From: Alkalilimnicola ehrlichii MLHE-1
GTDB taxonomy: Bacteria; Pseudomonadota; Gammaproteobacteria; Nitrococcales; Halorhodospiraceae
Length of the DNA: 32,000 nt
Assembly (NCBI RefSeq): GCF_000014785.1
Contig: NC_008340.1
Location: 2,550,001-2,582,000 of the forward strand
Reading direction: 5' to 3'
Below are positions 29,486 through 32,000 of the stretch, piece after piece. Under the pieces are notes generated by a model. It had not been told where the DNA came from. It saw nothing but the letters and a program-made list of their open reading frames with translations, and made no database searches. A program made the position numbers and the translations under genes. Each line of letters opens with the position of its first letter. Within the stretch, counting starts at the first letter, position 1.

Positions 29486-31741
29486 TCAGAATTGGTACGT
29501 CGCCCCGGCGCGCAGAAAACGCCCCGGGTCGGCGTAGAGAGAGCTGTCATTATCCTCGTTGAAGAGGTTGTCCACGGCGGCATGGAGACGCACCCCCTGC
29601 CAGGCCGCAGGCCGGTAGCTTGCGCTCACGCCCACCAGGGTGTGGCTCGCCTGCCGCTCATCGTCGTCCGCCGCGGTGTGATAGGCCCCGACATAGCGGG
29701 CCCGGGTCTGCAAATGCAGCGCCTGCGTGGCCTGCCAGCGCAACGTGACCATGGCGGTGAGTTCAGGGGCGTTGGGCAGGTGCCGGTAGTGCGCCTGGCT
29801 GACCCGGCCCCACGAGGCGTCCTCGATCCAGGTGGCGGTCAGGTCGGTGCCCAGACGCGGCGACCAGTCGGTCTCCAGCGCGGCCTCCAGGCCGCGGGTC
29901 CGTGAGGTGCCGATATTGCGGAAGGTGCGGTACTCGTCCGTTTCCCGGACCCGGGCGATGCGATCCTCGATCGCCGTGTAGAAGCCGCTGAAATCGTAAC
30001 GCAGGCGGAGCGCTGCCGGGTCCCCCAGGTGGCCCCGGACCCCGAGTTCCACGTTCTCGCTCTGTTCCGGGGCAAGGGCGTGGGCCTCGTCCTTGATGCC
30101 CTCGCGGATCACATCAGCACCGAGCATCCAATCACCCCGCGGCGTCCGGGTATCGGCACTCAGGGCTCTGAGGTCCGGGTACTTGAAGCCCTGGGCGTAG
30201 TTCACCCGCAGGCTCGCCTGCGGGGCCAGCGCGTACACCACCCCGCCCTCCACCGAGGTGTTATCGCCCCCCACCGAGGCATCGTCAAAGCGCGCCCCAT
30301 AGATGATGTCCAGCCGCTCGGTGGCCTGCCATTCGTGCTGGGCAAACACCCCGGCCTGCCAGCGTGAGCTGTCCTCCTGGCCTTCCACATTATCCCTGTA
30401 CTCGAGATCCCGGTGCTCGAAGCCCGCCTGCACGGTATGCCGGACCACCGGTGTCCAGGTGCTCAGGAACTCGTTGGTCAACTCGATCAACGTCACATCA
30501 CGACCCTGGAAGTCGCTCTCCTCCCGGCTCTCAAACCCCAGGTCCCGATAGGGGATGACCGCCACCGAGCGGTCTTTCTCATACCGGCTGTAGTGGATAC
30601 GGTGATTGAGGGCCAGGCCCGCCGTCGCCTGCCAGTCGGCACTGGCGGCCACCTCCCAGCGCCGGTTGTCGTCGAGCCAGCGCACCGGGACGTTGAAGAC
30701 CGGGCGGTAGCCGTCGTCATGCGCCAGGGCGGTGTTGGTCCTGCCGGCATTGATGAAGTCACGGCGGCGCTCCTCCCACAGGTGGCTGGCGTCCAGGCGG
30801 ACGCTGAACCGGTCGCTGAACCAGTGCTCCAGCGAGCCCCCGAGGGTATGGACATCCGCCTCGTCGCGGCGGAACTCATCGATGGTGTACTCATCGGGCA
30901 GATCCAGCTGGTTCACCCAGCCCGGTGCCTCGTCGCTGGATGGCGCCACGCGGTTTCCGGCAGGGCCGACACGGACCGGCGCGGTCGCCTCCTGTTGATA
31001 ACCATCCCGATGGCTGGCCTCCCCGAAAAGGGTGAACTGGGTATCCGCACTGCCGCCGAGCAGGTTGAACCCCACGTCATAGCGCGCCGCCTCGCCGTCC
31101 CGGGCCCGGGCGCCAGCCTGCACAGCCACACTGCCTTGCAGCCCCGGCCGGGGGCGCCGGGTCACGATGTTGATCACCCCGCCCAGGGCGTCCGAGCCGT
31201 AGAGCACACTGCCCGGCCCCTTGACGATCTCGATACGCTCGATGCGGTGGGTGGGGATGCGGTTCAGTTCATAGCGCCGGCTCGGCTCGCCGAGGACCCG
31301 GCGACCGTCGATCAGGATCACGGTGTCCTCCCGGGCCGCACCGCGCACCGAGTGCCCCGTCCCATCCGCGCTCACGAAGATACCCGAGTGGCTGCGCAGG
31401 GCCTCATCGAGAAGGGTCGCCCCACTGCGCTGGAGCTGTTCCGCGGTGATGACCTCCACACTACCCGGGCTTCGCTGGCGTGCCCGTTCGCTGCGGGTCG
31501 GCGCGGTCACAACCACCGGCGCCAGGCCGTAGGCCGCCTGGCCGTCAGCACCACCCGCCCCCAAGTCAACACCAGCCTGCCCCATCCCCGCGAACCCCAA
31601 CATGGCCGCCCCAAGCAACAGCCCGAGCCGCCGCGGGCCCCTTTCCGCCGGCCCCAGTGACCACCGGGGCCGGCCATTTCGGGAGGCGTTGTCGCGGGGT
31701 TTAGCACGGCGGGACGGGATACTGCCTGGTTGGGTGGACAT
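29486..31741 (-). CDS. TonB-dependent outer membrane receptor
   Basis: TonB box-like PVVVTAPTRSE; plug domain LLDEALRSHSGIFVSADGTGHSVRGAAREDTVILIDGRRV, VKGPGSVLYGSDALGGVINIVTRRP; C-terminal beta signal NLFNEDNDSSLYADPGRFLRAGATYQF. Start placed at ATG 31741 (751 aa) rather than 31822. Confidence 0.92.
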   Translation of the reverse strand: MSTQPGSIPSRRAKPRDNASRNGRPRWSLGPAERGPRRLGLLLGAAMLGFAGMGQAGVDLGAGGADGQAAYGLAPVVVTAPTRSERARQRSPGSVEVITAEQLQRSGATLLDEALRSHSGIFVSADGTGHSVRGAAREDTVILIDGRRVLGEPSRRYELNRIPTHRIERIEIVKGPGSVLYGSDALGGVINIVTRRPRPGLQGSVAVQAGARARDGEAARYDVGFNLLGGSADTQFTLFGEASHRDGYQQEATAPVRVGPAGNRVAPSSDEAPGWVNQLDLPDEYTIDEFRRDEADVHTLGGSLEHWFSDRFSVRLDASHLWEERRRDFINAGRTNTALAHDDGYRPVFNVPVRWLDDNRRWEVAASADWQATAGLALNHRIHYSRYEKDRSVAVIPYRDLGFESREESDFQGRDVTLIELTNEFLSTWTPVVRHTVQAGFEHRDLEYRDNVEGQEDSSRWQAGVFAQHEWQATERLDIIYGARFDDASVGGDNTSVEGGVVYALAPQASLRVNYAQGFKYPDLRALSADTRTPRGDWMLGADVIREGIKDEAHALAPEQSENVELGVRGHLGDPAALRLRYDFSGFYTAIEDRIARVRETDEYRTFRNIGTSRTRGLEAALETDWSPRLGTDLTATWIEDASWGRVSQAHYRHLPNAPELTAMVTLRWQATQALHLQTRARYVGAYHTAADDDERQASHTLVGVSASYRPAAWQGVRLHAAVDNLFNEDNDSSLYADPGRFLRAGATYQF

Positions 31742-31829
31742 CGGTGCCCTCATTTCCTTAGGCCAGAGCAAGGAGGCCGACGCCGCAGCAATGGCGCGCC
31801 TCCACGGGGATCCATCTATCACGAGATAT

Positions 31830-31848
31830 GCGAATGGTAACGATTCGT
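31830..31848 (-). promoter_or_regulatory. Possible Fur-like box upstream of the TonB receptor
   Basis: GCGAATGGTAACGATTCGT, partly palindromic (CGAAT...ATTCG), 11/19 positions matching GATAATGATAATCATTATC. Confidence 0.35.
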
Positions 31849-32000
31849 ATTACGTTTAACAACCGAGTAGCCCGGTGGGTGGGGCCGTACAACGGCCCAG
31901 CAGGCTACAGCGCGGCGGTGCGGATGGTAGGATTGGGGCCTTGCGGCACGGCCGACTTCGCCCGCTCGTGGGCACCACCGCTTTCAGGAGGCAATAACAA

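Noticed and set aside
30413-31660. 415-aa plus-strand ORF
   Set aside because: Antisense to the TonB-dependent receptor.
31742-32000. Cobalamin riboswitch upstream of the TonB receptor
   Set aside because: No B12-box (GCCACTG-like) or expected helices seen in the upstream segment visible here.

Overview
High-GC proteobacterial chromosomal window (gammaproteobacterial in style; Ectothiorhodospiraceae-like as an inference only). It holds mostly housekeeping genes: trpE (partial), gph, a DjlA-like co-chaperone, a compact four-gene stress/photoprotection operon (FAD amine oxidase, Cfa-like methyltransferase, MerR/CarH-like regulator, photolyase), purC, a FAH-family hydrolase, gap/epd-like, tkt, metK, ahcY with an upstream SAH riboswitch, metF, a RimB-like protease plus rimK, a lipoprotein, rnt, yejABEF with a hicAB cassette inside it, a cytochrome c and a TonB-dependent receptor. 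The observations most worth a second look are: (1) three 11-bp-phased TNTACA-type direct repeats overlapping a near-consensus sigma70 promoter in front of the photolyase operon, whose CarH-like regulator appears to have lost the canonical cobalamin-binding residues; (2) a complete SAH-riboswitch fold upstream of ahcY; (3) an 8-copy 93/94-bp tandem array of an imperfect palindromic intergenic element between ahcY and metF, with related copies in four other intergenic gaps; (4) hicAB inserted between yejA and yejB. No CRISPR array, rRNA, tRNA, phage or transposase was recognised.
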